NCBI GenBank assembly: GCA_963717465.1
Contig: OY970340.1
Coordinates: forward strand, 2,208,001 to 2,272,000
Reading direction: 5' to 3'
DNA from: Candidatus Bathyarchaeota archaeon
GTDB lineage: Archaea; Thermoproteota; Bathyarchaeia; Bathyarchaeales; Bathycorpusculaceae
Length of the DNA: 64,000 nucleotides
Part shown: one piece after another, positions 52,787 to 63,419 of the stretch
Layout: each line of letters starts with the position of its first letter
Numbering within the stretch: position 1 is the stretch's first letter
The notes under the pieces: model-generated
Told to the model about the DNA's origin: nothing
The model's database searches: none
Seen by the model: the letters and a program-made list of their open reading frames with translations, nothing else
Made by a program: the position numbers and the translations under genes

Positions 52787-53995
52787 CTATTCAATCATCA
52801 AATTATAGATTTGCGCTTCCCTTTTTGCGACTTCTTCCCAATCGTATTTTTTAACGAAATCCCGTGCAATCAGACCCAATTTTTTTCTCTCCTCTGTATT
52901 TTGGATTAGCCTCAAAGTTTCAGTGATCATCTGATTGACGTTTCCTTCCTCACAACGCCGAACTGCTTCACAATCAAAAAGCTCTTTAAAAGCCGGCAAG
53001 TCGTAGCATATGACTGGCAAGCCGCAGGCTAGTGCTTCGCCTACTGCAATGCCCCATCCTTCTTGGTGACTTGGAAATATGAAAATCTTGCTGCTTTTCA
53101 TCAGTTCAAATTTCTTTTCTTCATCAACGTAACCAAACACCATTATATTTTTCTCCATCTTTTTCTTATGGATCGCTTCTTTGAGATTTCTCATTATTTT
53201 TGGCTCTCCTTCACCCACAAAAGCAAATTTTGCTTTATTATCCTTGCTGCAAACTGCCTCGAAAACGCTCAGGGCTTCAAAGACCCCCTTGTTGTGAACG
53301 AGTCTTCCAACGAAAATACCGTCGAAAAGTAAACTATCAGTTTGTACATCATCGATTTGACTATTGTCTACTCCATTTCCGCAAACGAAGATCTTGGACT
53401 TTACACCCAAACTGCGCAAGCTTTCTTGAGTAGAAGAGCTAACAGATATAATTTGGGCATTATTATAAATGTGGAGAAGCAATTTCTTATCAAGTGCAAA
53501 ATGCGCATTGTAATAAAATTCTATGAGGCGTATTTTGAGTGATTCTGAGGCTAACCAGCCATGGTTCTGTTTTTCCCAATCTATATGGTGAACAACTGCT
53601 GCCAAAGGTACTTTCGTCGAACGACTTGTTAGGTAGGCAGCGAGACACATTTCTATGGTTTCACTGGGCGAGAGAATTAAGTCAAAATGTTCATTTTCAG
53701 CCAATTCTTTTGCCATATTAGCCATTTTAAGTGCAACTAACCAAGGTTCAGTTAGTCTGGAATTCCTTAGTTTGAAAGCAGGGGTTTTGAATTCCTGATA
53801 ACGATTGTATGACCTTTTATCTGCACTAAAATAACTTGGGAAACTTTCAACTATCACAAACTCCACATTGTACTTTCTTACCCGTTTGGCGATTTCCAAC
53901 AGTCGCCTGTAGCCACCAGTCAGAACATGGGTAGGTTTGAAAGGAAGAATGCCTTCAAGCCCTGGATCATGATAGAAGAAAACAAGAACTTTCAT
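52787..53995 (-). CDS. Glycosyltransferase family 4
   Basis: NGVD, FVGRL...KG and PSHQEGWGIAVGEALACG motifs. Confidence 0.92.
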   Translation of the reverse strand: MKVLVFFYHDPGLEGILPFKPTHVLTGGYRRLLEIAKRVRKYNVEFVIVESFPSYFSADKRSYNRYQEFKTPAFKLRNSRLTEPWLVALKMANMAKELAENEHFDLILSPSETIEMCLAAYLTSRSTKVPLAAVVHHIDWEKQNHGWLASESLKIRLIEFYYNAHFALDKKLLLHIYNNAQIISVSSSTQESLRSLGVKSKIFVCGNGVDNSQIDDVQTDSLLFDGIFVGRLVHNKGVFEALSVFEAVCSKDNKAKFAFVGEGEPKIMRNLKEAIHKKKMEKNIMVFGYVDEEKKFELMKSSKIFIFPSHQEGWGIAVGEALACGLPVICYDLPAFKELFDCEAVRRCEEGNVNQMITETLRLIQNTEERKKLGLIARDFVKKYDWEEVAKREAQIYNLMIE

Positions 53996-54037
53996 AATAT
54001 TTTTACCGAACTTATAACTTAAGTTGTAACAAGATTC

Positions 54038-54634
54038 TCAGGTCGATTTTAGAGTCTGATTCATTAGAATTTCAGTGGCACGGTGGTAAAGCATGTTTGA
54101 ACCTTTTCGGGAAACAATTCTTGCGGGCACACCTGCAATTGTTATGCCTGGTTCTTCAAAGGATTTATCAACATATGAATTTGCACCAATCGCAATACCA
54201 TCTGCTATTTTGATGGAACCAACAATAACCGCTCCTGGACCAATGAAAACGTTATCACCAATGAAAGGTGATGAACGATAATGCCCAGCGCTAGTGCCGA
54301 TTGTAACGCATTGGTGAATCCTACAATTGGCTCCCACCTTAGCTGCTCCATCAACAATAATTGAGCCGTAATGAGCAATGGATAATCCTGGACCAAATAC
54401 ATTCGGAGGGATCAGAAATCCAGTTTTTACCCCTAAATTGTATAATTTGAAACGTAGATAGTTAAGATAAGCCTTGTTAATGTAGTCTTCCTTACAATTT
54501 GTGAAATATTCCACTTTTCTTAAGAGCTTTTCAAAACGCCATATTACATCGAAGTAACTCGGGGGTTTTTGGGTTGTTAAAGCAATTTTGTCAGCTGCTA
54601 AATAAAATTTGTAATCTTTCTTAGACTTTATCAA
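54038..54634 (-). CDS. Hexapeptide-repeat O-acetyltransferase (serine acetyltransferase-like)
   Basis: GPGLSIAHYG, IGDNVFIGPGA, IGANSYV and AGVPAR motifs. Confidence 0.85.
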   Translation of the reverse strand: MIKSKKDYKFYLAADKIALTTQKPPSYFDVIWRFEKLLRKVEYFTNCKEDYINKAYLNYLRFKLYNLGVKTGFLIPPNVFGPGLSIAHYGSIIVDGAAKVGANCRIHQCVTIGTSAGHYRSSPFIGDNVFIGPGAVIVGSIKIADGIAIGANSYVDKSFEEPGITIAGVPARIVSRKGSNMLYHRATEILMNQTLKST

Positions 54635-54658
54635 TACAACCGCCCATATTCAAGAGAA

Positions 54659-54865
54659 TTATAAACCTAAAATGATATATTGAGTTATAATTGCGTAAAT
54701 AAATAATCCTATAAAAATGGCACCTAATAGCACAGTTAAAAACCGCATGTTCTCTGCAATTGAGGACTTTTTTAATGCTGGAGAGTATTGTGACAGAATA
54801 CTTATAATAAAAAATATTATGAAAACGATAAAGAGGCATTCAATGATAAGAGAAATATTAAGCAA
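54659..54865 (-). CDS. Small two-TM membrane protein
   Basis: GGAGGT upstream of TTG, two hydrophobic segments, fills the operon gap. Confidence 0.5.
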   Translation of the reverse strand: MLNISLIIECLFIVFIIFFIISILSQYSPALKKSSIAENMRFLTVLLGAIFIGLFIYAIITQYIILGL

Positions 54866-54879
54866 TTCGCTCCTACCTC

Positions 54880-56649
54880 CTAGCCGCTGCCTGTTTTAGA
54901 TATAATGGCTGAATCACCATTACTGTAAACGACGCTGCTATTACCAAGCAGATCGTTGACTGGAAAATATAGAGTTGTAACTGATCCTGCCCACATGCCG
55001 TACTGCAAATTATAGTGATCAAGCAAGAAGTAAGTACCGGTAGTATTAATTGGTGTAGTCGCACTATAATCAATTTCTACATTCCAACATGCGTAAAACC
55101 ATTGGTTAGTGAAATCAGTATAATATGTAGAGTTTTCCGAGAAATGTTGATCCAACCAGACAGATGTTGAATATTCATTTACTCCAATAATGTATTGATT
55201 TATAGAAACTGCTGGGTTAACGGATTCTCTAGGCTGATACAAAACATATCTCTGATAACTTGGGATAATCATATTCACGGGAAGATTTATTATCAGAAAG
55301 CCAATCAGAAAAATAATCGCGAAAATTCGCAGCAGACGCCTCTTATTTAGGCGTAGTTTCTTATTTAGAAACAAAATGCTCGCCGCCATAAAAGTTGCGA
55401 AGAAGGGCATACCCATAGTAATTACTCTATCAACATAAACTCCGAGCATTTCTTTTCCAGCCAAAACCCATACGGCCACGAAAGCCATCATGACCAATCC
55501 GCCTAATATCAAAGGCATATGAATGGGTTCCTTCCGAAACGTAAACAACAAACATAAAAAGCCGACGGGAATTAAAACCAAGGTAAAATCAAGCCAAAAA
55601 CCCACTACTTGCCCTGCGGGATTATTCAAAAACCAAGAAGAAGTAGGTGTAGTTGAGGCAACAGCACCCGGAGCATTAGTAATCTGGGAGGTAATCAAAT
55701 AAACTTCATTATGAATGTCAACAAGAAAAGGAAACTGGTTTGTAAAATAAATCCAAAATAAACTTAAACAAATAAAAAATATTAAAAACACACTAGTGAT
55801 AACTTGCTTTCGCCCTTTAAAACTAGAAAACTTGAAAAAAGACAATAGCTTTTTAGGAAAATAACTAATAACAGCGCAAAATACGAAAATACAGACAAAT
55901 ATCATAACAGTCCAATAATCCATAGTGTAATGACTAACCACCAGACCTAACATTGAAAAAATAGCCAGCACAGTGTATACAAGACTATTTTTAGCCTTAT
56001 ACACTTTAACCAACGAATAAATCATCAAAACAAGAAATAATTCAGCAACCCCTTGGCGAATCAGAAAATTAAGAAGATTAAAATTATAATAAAATTGAAC
56101 AAAAATCAAAGCTGAAAGCGCTGAAAGCTTAACATCACCAAAGACTTCTTGAACGGTCTGAAAAATTGCAAGGGGAAGAATAGCCAAAACTGCAAGCATA
56201 ACCCATTGAAAAATAGGCATTAAATCCAAGCCAGTTATCTTAGAAACTATAGCAGGAAACAAAGAAATTGAGGCGGCAGTAAAGTATCGATCTCCTGTTG
56301 CTGCTCTAGCAAGTGACCAGGTATTGCTTTCTAAAGTAACCTTTGCCGAAGCATACTCATAAACAATATCACTTCCCTGTAAAACATTAAACCTAATGTT
56401 GTACATTGCCATTAGAAAGAACGATGTAACAAAAATGACAAAAAAGAAGGGCGCCTTATGATAAGTAACCGTTAAAAAAGCCAAAATGTCACCTATTGCA
56501 AGAGTAATTGCCCCAGCAAAAAGCAAAATCGCAGAAGCTCCATTGTCAACATTTCTTAAGAAAAATACGAGTATAATGACGCCTACAGTTGCAAGGATAA
56601 TCGATAAGATCGAGAGAGAGCTGTTAAGCTTTTTAGACTTGTCTACCAT
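54880..56649 (-). CDS. DUF2206-like multi-pass membrane protein
   Basis: GSDIVYEY, RQGVAELF, LVVSHY and terminal VYSNG motifs with more than 10 TM segments. ATG at 56649. Confidence 0.72.
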   Translation of the reverse strand: MVDKSKKLNSSLSILSIILATVGVIILVFFLRNVDNGASAILLFAGAITLAIGDILAFLTVTYHKAPFFFVIFVTSFFLMAMYNIRFNVLQGSDIVYEYASAKVTLESNTWSLARAATGDRYFTAASISLFPAIVSKITGLDLMPIFQWVMLAVLAILPLAIFQTVQEVFGDVKLSALSALIFVQFYYNFNLLNFLIRQGVAELFLVLMIYSLVKVYKAKNSLVYTVLAIFSMLGLVVSHYTMDYWTVMIFVCIFVFCAVISYFPKKLLSFFKFSSFKGRKQVITSVFLIFFICLSLFWIYFTNQFPFLVDIHNEVYLITSQITNAPGAVASTTPTSSWFLNNPAGQVVGFWLDFTLVLIPVGFLCLLFTFRKEPIHMPLILGGLVMMAFVAVWVLAGKEMLGVYVDRVITMGMPFFATFMAASILFLNKKLRLNKRRLLRIFAIIFLIGFLIINLPVNMIIPSYQRYVLYQPRESVNPAVSINQYIIGVNEYSTSVWLDQHFSENSTYYTDFTNQWFYACWNVEIDYSATTPINTTGTYFLLDHYNLQYGMWAGSVTTLYFPVNDLLGNSSVVYSNGDSAIISKTGSG

Positions 56650-56921
56650 TAAACCAGCCAATTGGAAAATATATTTTTCGAAATAGTTACAATCCAGCTC
56701 ACAAGCGATTTGCCCTAATTGTCGAAGAGGCATACTACAGCTGACTTATTATTTCTTTGTACTTTGCTAATAGATTAAATACGCGAGTGAGTGCGAAAAA
56801 CTTGACTTATCGAAATAGTGAAGGACTTTAAGGTCCGATCTTTCGAGCGCGGATTTTCGTCAGCTACTAACTCATCGTCTTGCAAGATAAGGTTACTTCA
56901 ATATTTCTCGTCGAGTATAAT

Positions 56922-58070
56922 TTACTTGGGCACGCGCTCTTCGTAAAGAGAATTTATTTTTCGTGAAATGTTTTCCCATGAATAACTTTCTAATTTTTTG
57001 GAAACAGCTTTTTTGTTAAAACTGGCAAAATCATGATGGTAGAAATACCATGAAATTCCTTTTGCCAATTCTTCAGGTTCTTTAGGATTTACAAGCCGTG
57101 TATATTCGCTATTTTCAAATTGAATAGCTACTTCACGTGCACCGCCGACTTTGGTGCATATGACAGGCTTTCCAACACTCAAAGCTTCAAGCAATGTAAG
57201 CGAAAATGTTTCGAAAACAGAAGGAAGAACAAAGACATCACAGGCAGCATAATACAGTGGGAGATCTTCGGATTTTATAAACCCTAAAAACGACATTATA
57301 TCGTTTAATTCGAGCTCGTTAACCAATCTTTTTAGGGAAGCCTCTTCTTCGCCGCGTCCACCAATTAAAAATGCTATTTCAGGTATATCTTTTTTAACGA
57401 GATTTGCCGCCTCAATAAGATACTTAATGCCTTTTTGGCTGGATAACCGCCCAATCGAAAGTACAACGTACTTATACTCAACTCCCAAACGCTTTCTTAC
57501 CAAAGAACCATCAACGTTGAAATTAAAGCGGGAAGTGTCAACACCGTTCGGAATGAATACTGGTTTTGAACCGTAAACCGCCTGCCAACTCCGTTGGATA
57601 GCTGGACTGACAGCGATAAAAGTGTCTACGTATTGAGAAAGTATCTGGACTAATTTGCGATCAATATGTCTAAGTAAATCATTATGAAGTGTGCAAAATA
57701 CTTTAGAGTGTTTAATTCTTTTTGCCATGACCGCCGAAATTAGTAAAGAGGAATAACCAAATCCGTGCACATGTACAACATCGTATTTGCCCTTGCATAA
57801 ATCTCGTATAATCAAAGGAATTGTAAGAAAACTGTAAAGCCACAATAGTCGAGCATTGATGAAATTTGCAAATCGAAATTTCGGAGAAGGCGCCCATCTT
57901 GATGGAATCAATTCTTGGTTTTGTTTTAATTCGCGTTTTCTAGGGACACCGTAAAGTTGAATAAAATCAACTGTATGCCCAAATTTTACAAAGTTTTTGG
58001 ATATCTCGTAAGCGTGAATTTCTCCGCCTCCGTAGAAAAGAGGATTTTCAAGTAGCATAGCTATTTTCAA
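56922..58070 (-). CDS. Glycosyltransferase family 4
   Basis: GGGE.H, IPNGVD, GRL..QKG and PSVFETFSLTLLEA motifs. Confidence 0.92.
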   Translation of the reverse strand: MKIAMLLENPLFYGGGEIHAYEISKNFVKFGHTVDFIQLYGVPRKRELKQNQELIPSRWAPSPKFRFANFINARLLWLYSFLTIPLIIRDLCKGKYDVVHVHGFGYSSLLISAVMAKRIKHSKVFCTLHNDLLRHIDRKLVQILSQYVDTFIAVSPAIQRSWQAVYGSKPVFIPNGVDTSRFNFNVDGSLVRKRLGVEYKYVVLSIGRLSSQKGIKYLIEAANLVKKDIPEIAFLIGGRGEEEASLKRLVNELELNDIMSFLGFIKSEDLPLYYAACDVFVLPSVFETFSLTLLEALSVGKPVICTKVGGAREVAIQFENSEYTRLVNPKEPEELAKGISWYFYHHDFASFNKKAVSKKLESYSWENISRKINSLYEERVPK

Positions 58071-59296
58071 TCGCGCCGCCTCAAGAGAGCTAGATATCGT
58101 TTATAGGTGTCAGAGAATGTTTTTTCCCAGGGGTACTCGGTTAAAGCAATTTGCCTGCCGACTTTTCCCATGCTACTTCTAAGCTCCTTGTCTGATAGGA
58201 GTTTAATAATCGCTTTAGCAAGTTCTCGTGAATCATCAGGAACAACGAAACCGCCACCATTTTTTTGCACTAGCTTTGCTATTTCTGGTGCATGCCTTGT
58301 AACTATAATTGGTTTACCAGATGACCAAGCTTCAAGAAATGCCATTCCAAACCCTTCACCTTGCGTTGGAACCGTAAAAACATCGCATATTAAGTAATAA
58401 GCTGGAAGCAATTCGCTTGATACAGATCCAGTGAAAGTGACATTGTTGTGCACATTTAATTCTTGTGAAAGTTTTTCAAGATACGCCCTTTCATTTCCAG
58501 ATCCTACAAGAATGAATTGAGCTTTTGGGAATTCTTTTACAACGCCCGGTGCGGCCCTAATTAGAATATCAAGACCCTTTATTTTTTCCAGACGGCAAAC
58601 CGCAAGTATAACCTGAGAATCTGGGGGGATGACGTCGATTAAATTGGAGTTATCAGTCAGTGAACTGAATTTATCAGCATCTACACCGGGTGGAATCACA
58701 TAAATTTTGGAATCTAAACTTTTATCTCCAACCGCTTTGATTGCTAACTCTTTGAAAAATTCAGAGTTTACAATTATGCAATTAGCATTTTTTAGCACGA
58801 CTCGTCGGCAGGCATCTCCAACAACTGAGAACTTTGCGGCCGTGTCTACTAGTTCCGCAGCATGCCATGTAACTACGACTTTGATCCCAAAGATTTTCTT
58901 AATTATTACTGCAGCTAAACCTTCACCATACGGATCATGAGCATGAATTACATGAGGCCTCAAATGTAATTTCAAAAACGAGAAAAATACAAAAACAGTT
59001 GTGAATAAATATCTAAGCATCTGCGGTTTTGACAAGGTCAAACGAGCACGAAGGGAATAAAACATGGTCGATTTATTGGAAGAGTTAGTTATGTTGCCAA
59101 CATTACTGGCGATCACGTAAACTTCGTTTCCTAACTTTCGCAGTTCTTTCGCTTGATAGTAAGCGTAATACTCTTCGCCCCCGATATTCCATGGAGGAAA
59201 ACCTGGACTAAAAATCACTATCTTTATTTTTTCATCACTATTCCTTTTTACCGAAGGCAATTTTGAAATAACCACAACTCCACATAAATCCTCCAC
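58067..59296 (-). CDS. Glycosyltransferase family 4
   Basis: IGGEE, IPPGVD, RLEKIKG and EGFGMAFLEA motifs. The real start is probably near 59236. Confidence 0.9.
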   Translation of the reverse strand: MEDLCGVVVISKLPSVKRNSDEKIKIVIFSPGFPPWNIGGEEYYAYYQAKELRKLGNEVYVIASNVGNITNSSNKSTMFYSLRARLTLSKPQMLRYLFTTVFVFFSFLKLHLRPHVIHAHDPYGEGLAAVIIKKIFGIKVVVTWHAAELVDTAAKFSVVGDACRRVVLKNANCIIVNSEFFKELAIKAVGDKSLDSKIYVIPPGVDADKFSSLTDNSNLIDVIPPDSQVILAVCRLEKIKGLDILIRAAPGVVKEFPKAQFILVGSGNERAYLEKLSQELNVHNNVTFTGSVSSELLPAYYLICDVFTVPTQGEGFGMAFLEAWSSGKPIIVTRHAPEIAKLVQKNGGGFVVPDDSRELAKAIIKLLSDKELRSSMGKVGRQIALTEYPWEKTFSDTYKRYLALLRRRD

Positions 59297-60164
59297 CCAA
59301 AAGGCAAGGCATCAACGCAAATGCTTGCTTTGTAAAATTTGGAATTCGAAACAGTTTATAGGATTCACGCGCAACTCTAGCAATAATTATAGATGGTATA
59401 AAAAACGATACGAGAACTGGGTTCATGGGAAGCCGCCCAAACATGTTTTTGTTAACAACCTGAGCTTTAAAATGCGCCTCTCCAGTTTTGCGTTCCCTAG
59501 ACAGATAGGAAGAAAAATTTAAGTCGCTTCTTATTCCGAAATGAAGAATTTTAGCTTGCGGTTCAAAAAGAATTTTGTAGCCAACATCCGTGATTTTCCT
59601 GCTTAAAAGAAAATCTTCATATATATCAAGTTCTTCATCAAAAAAATTAACGCCCTGTAAGACACTCATTTTAAAGCTGGTGTTACAAGTTGGCGCATGA
59701 TACATATAATTTCGTTTTAAGGTTTCATCAAATTCAGCAAAATTCACATAGTGAGACATAATTGAGGCTTTCGTGCTTGTAACTAAATAAGGGTCAATAA
59801 TTGAGCCTACAACTGCACCAATCGTTTTATCAGAATGGTTTGCAACGTGTAAGGACAGCCAGTTTGTATACGCTTGGCAATCAGCATCGATAAAGGCAAC
59901 AATTTCCCCTTTGGCTTTTTTAAGTCCAACGTTTCTAGCTAATCCGCGTCCTCTTCGTTTATCTACATAGCAGGTAACATTGAATTCTTCACAAATTTTC
60001 AAAGTTAGATCAGTAGATCCCCCATCTACAACGATTATTTCATAACGGTCTTTCGGGTAATCAAGAGAAACAAGCGAGGATAGGCAAGCGCCGATATACT
60101 CTGCCATGTTAAATACTACTACGATAATCGATACAAAAGGGTAATTTTTCTCACATGACTCCAA
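59238..60164 (-). CDS. Glycosyltransferase family 2
   Basis: VSIIV, VVDGGSTD, ARNVG, FIDADC and YEDF motifs. Confidence 0.92.
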   Translation of the reverse strand: MESCEKNYPFVSIIVVVFNMAEYIGACLSSLVSLDYPKDRYEIIVVDGGSTDLTLKICEEFNVTCYVDKRRGRGLARNVGLKKAKGEIVAFIDADCQAYTNWLSLHVANHSDKTIGAVVGSIIDPYLVTSTKASIMSHYVNFAEFDETLKRNYMYHAPTCNTSFKMSVLQGVNFFDEELDIYEDFLLSRKITDVGYKILFEPQAKILHFGIRSDLNFSSYLSRERKTGEAHFKAQVVNKNMFGRLPMNPVLVSFFIPSIIIARVARESYKLFRIPNFTKQAFALMPCLLGGGFMWSCGYFKIAFGKKE

Positions 60165-60194
60165 TGGTATCCTCTCAAAATCACTCGCTTATTT

Positions 60195-60980
60195 TCAGCC
60201 ACCAATTCTCTCGAATGCCCCTTCCTTATCACCTTTAAGAAAGTTTGTGAACCCTTGAAGTATACCCTTTGCCCAAACAGCGCCCCGTTTACCTTGAAGC
60301 AGCAACAGCGGAGTAATAATGGGAAGACACAGGTAAAATACTCGAATCAAAGGAGTTGTTTTGGTTAAAGAGACGGCTTGGTAAAGGCCAGTCACAGTTC
60401 GAGCTTTATATTCTGATTCTTCTTGTAAAGTGCTCGTTTTCTTTGTTTCTACCCAGCATTCTTCGCAGAAAACAACTCTGTATCCGAGTTCAGGAGCCTT
60501 AAATGAAATGTAATTGTCCTCTGTTTTACAGGGCGGAATAGGCAAAATTTGGTCGAAAATGTTTTTACGTATTAGCATTAGGTCGCCGCTAGATGTAATA
60601 GGTACAATTCGCCTAATTTTATCCATTAAAGAATAAAATTGAAGCTGAGGCCCAGAATTAACTTTAATCTTGCAAAAAACTATTCCAGCTTGTGAGCAGA
60701 TCATTTTCTCAATTGCCTTATCAAAATTAAAAATTTTGTTGTCAACGTCATTTAAACAGACAATTTTAACATTCTCGCCAATAAATTTAGCAGCATAGTT
60801 TATAGCGTCGAACTTTCCCTTTTTCTCGCGATAGATAACTTCAGGGTTACCCGTTTTTTCTGCACAGATAATTACGAATCGAACACCTAAGTTCCTTAGC
60901 TCAACTATTTTTTTGTCTACACCTTCGTAATTTCTTGCGGAGACAATGAAGCAAATTTCGTTTTTATTGATCGTCTCCAT
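60195..60980 (-). CDS. GT-A fold glycosyltransferase (GT2-like)
   Basis: GKFDAIN, LNDVD (DxD), SGDLMLIR and TED motifs. Confidence 0.75.
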   Translation of the reverse strand: METINKNEICFIVSARNYEGVDKKIVELRNLGVRFVIICAEKTGNPEVIYREKKGKFDAINYAAKFIGENVKIVCLNDVDNKIFNFDKAIEKMICSQAGIVFCKIKVNSGPQLQFYSLMDKIRRIVPITSSGDLMLIRKNIFDQILPIPPCKTEDNYISFKAPELGYRVVFCEECWVETKKTSTLQEESEYKARTVTGLYQAVSLTKTTPLIRVFYLCLPIITPLLLLQGKRGAVWAKGILQGFTNFLKGDKEGAFERIGG

Positions 60981-61014
60981 CTTACGCCCTTCTTTTCCGA
61001 AGTTTCGAAAATGA

Positions 61015-62181
61015 CTACATCAAGACTGAGTCGTAAATTTCTCTCACTTTTAGTGAAATTTTGCTTAAGTCATAATCATTGTGGACTTTTAAGTTTCCAG
61101 CAGCGCCTAATTTTTGCCTCAATTTACGATCATGATACAACAGCGCGATTGATTCCGCTAGTTTAGCTGGGTCGTGAGTGGGAATAATTAAGCCGTCTTG
61201 ATGATCGAGAATTATTCTCGGTATCTCACCGACGTCTGTGGCAATAACGGGTTGTTTCATCGCCATTGCCTCGATTATTACAAGCCCAAAACCTTCTGCG
61301 TAGGAGGGAAGCACTGTGACATCGCTTTGCGAGTACAGTTGGGGCATCAAATAGTAAGGTCTTCCATCCAAGAATTTGAAGAATTTTTGAAGGTTTAAGG
61401 ATGCAATGCGCGCCTTTAGTTGGAAAATAAACGACGTATCTTGATAACCTGGATTAAAGTCGCCACCTTGTATTAGTAAAAACTGCAGGTCGTTCAGCTT
61501 TTGCTTATTCACTAGTATATCTCCTGCCTCAACTAATTCAAGGATACCTTTAGCTTTAACTAATCTGGCCGGGCAAAAGATTTTGAAGACCTCTTCAGAC
61601 TTTGCAGGGTATAAATCTGAGTTGAAGATTTCAAGGTCTACTCCATTAGGAAGGTAAAAAACTTGCTTTCCTATAGCATTGCCTAATAAAAGAGCACTAT
61701 CCTTGTTGTTACATATAATGGCATTGCAGTCTCTGGCGTCCTCCACATACTTATTTATGTTATCATTGTTGATTTGCTCATGAAATGTTATTACCACAGG
61801 TTTTCCCTTAACGAATTTCCAGCCCTTGAATCTTATTCCTGTTTCTATTTTTCTAAAAGATGGCTCAAAGCCTCTTGTAAGTCCTTGAACATGTATGAGA
61901 TCGAATTTCTTCTTTACCTTATTCAGGTAATAAACATCTGCCGTTTGTTGTATCCCAAAAACTAAATGATACTTAAATCCTGAATCCTCAGAGGTAGAAA
62001 GAAAACGGTTTCTAAGAATGCTGAATTGGCCTTCTGAATCATAAATTATTGGAGAACTCCCATAAGTGTAGACTGTTACAGAAGTGTTTTTTCTGGAAAG
62101 AAACTTGACCAGCGAAGATACATAGCTTTCTGTCCCGCCCCAACGTGGGAAAAAGCTATGTGTTAATATTAGTACATTCAT
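61015..62181 (-). CDS. Glycosyltransferase family 4
   Basis: FFP.WGG.E, PNGVD, ARL..KG and EGFGLVIIEAMA motifs. Confidence 0.92.
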   Translation of the reverse strand: MNVLILTHSFFPRWGGTESYVSSLVKFLSRKNTSVTVYTYGSSPIIYDSEGQFSILRNRFLSTSEDSGFKYHLVFGIQQTADVYYLNKVKKKFDLIHVQGLTRGFEPSFRKIETGIRFKGWKFVKGKPVVITFHEQINNDNINKYVEDARDCNAIICNNKDSALLLGNAIGKQVFYLPNGVDLEIFNSDLYPAKSEEVFKIFCPARLVKAKGILELVEAGDILVNKQKLNDLQFLLIQGGDFNPGYQDTSFIFQLKARIASLNLQKFFKFLDGRPYYLMPQLYSQSDVTVLPSYAEGFGLVIIEAMAMKQPVIATDVGEIPRIILDHQDGLIIPTHDPAKLAESIALLYHDRKLRQKLGAAGNLKVHNDYDLSKISLKVREIYDSVLM

Positions 62182-62198
62182 TTTTCTTGCTCTTTGAT

Positions 62199-63176
62199 TT
62201 AATTAGCCGTTGCTTTAGAACGACGAGAATTGCTTATGCCGAAAAAATGCAGAAAGTGAGAATACAGAAAACGGGGTTTATAATTGAAATTTTCGATACC
62301 CCACTGAACGCTGTCTAAATAAATCTTATCAACCAGTTCTTGAGTTGGCTTAAGATTTTTTATAGTACTCTTTAATGGAGGTGTAACCTCGATTAGACCG
62401 GCTTTTTTGAAATAGCTTATTCTATCAATGAAAAGCGAGAATTCTTTGAATAGTCTTTTTTGCTCTTGCTCACCGAGGTCCTCTGTAGGAACTAGTACTT
62501 TTGGATTGCCTTTGAAGTAAATTGAGTCCCAATGTCCTTGATTGATCAGGGATGTTGGATGTAAAAGTAGTACAGATGTGCCATTTAAAAGACTCATGCG
62601 AAGCGATCTAGTTAATGTTCTTAGATTAAATGGGTAGCCGTCTGGCGGGCAGAGAACTATTGGGAAAGGGTAAAATTGTATTTCTTTATAGAATGATGGA
62701 CCTGCTTTTAGACGAGTTGAAAAGTCGTATCTGATTCCAAGTTTTACGAGTGCCTCTAACATGGGTGGGGACCAAGCGAATCCTGGCGCTCTGAAGGAAA
62801 CGATGGATTTTTTTGGAAATAGTTCTTTGAGGGATAATAGTCCCCCCGGACCTAAAATTTCACCAGTAGTTGTTGAAATAAGTGAGGTTTCTCTTTTCAG
62901 GGATATTTCGACTGATTCACAGTAATCTTCAACATCCGTATATTCTATAATTAGAGGTCTCACGGAATGAGCTGCTGAATGGTACCCAATCTCATGATTG
63001 GCCAAACGTTGTTTTAGTTCGGGATAAAATTTCAATTTATCTGCCACGTGACCCGTTATAAAAAATAAACCTTTCAGTTCCGCAGCATCCAGTGCATCAA
63101 GTATCTGTTTCAAGATAAGAAAAGATTTTGGTTTAACGACATCCTCAACATCAAATGTTAAAAATATGTCTGGCAT
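62199..63176 (-). CDS. Polysaccharide deacetylase (CE4-like)
   Basis: TFDVED, HEIGYHS..H, FRAPGF and LHP motifs. Confidence 0.85.
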   Translation of the reverse strand: MPDIFLTFDVEDVVKPKSFLILKQILDALDAAELKGLFFITGHVADKLKFYPELKQRLANHEIGYHSAAHSVRPLIIEYTDVEDYCESVEISLKRETSLISTTTGEILGPGGLLSLKELFPKKSIVSFRAPGFAWSPPMLEALVKLGIRYDFSTRLKAGPSFYKEIQFYPFPIVLCPPDGYPFNLRTLTRSLRMSLLNGTSVLLLHPTSLINQGHWDSIYFKGNPKVLVPTEDLGEQEQKRLFKEFSLFIDRISYFKKAGLIEVTPPLKSTIKNLKPTQELVDKIYLDSVQWGIENFNYKPRFLYSHFLHFFGISNSRRSKATAN

Positions 63177-63419
63177 TGGGCATTTCCTTGTATTAGAATC
63201 TTAGTGACAAGTTTAATAGCAACTAAACGTAGAAAAACTGGTAATTTTACCGCAACTTTGTTTTAGGCTATGCTTAATCAAGAAACTCGTATTTATTACA
63301 TTAACTACATAAAAGTGTTCCATTAACTTTTCTATATGTAACTTCTCGTCTAATTTTGCTTAATATTTCGCCTTTCAAAATAACTGTTTAAAAAATGTTT
63401 TAGACATGCAATCAGCATT

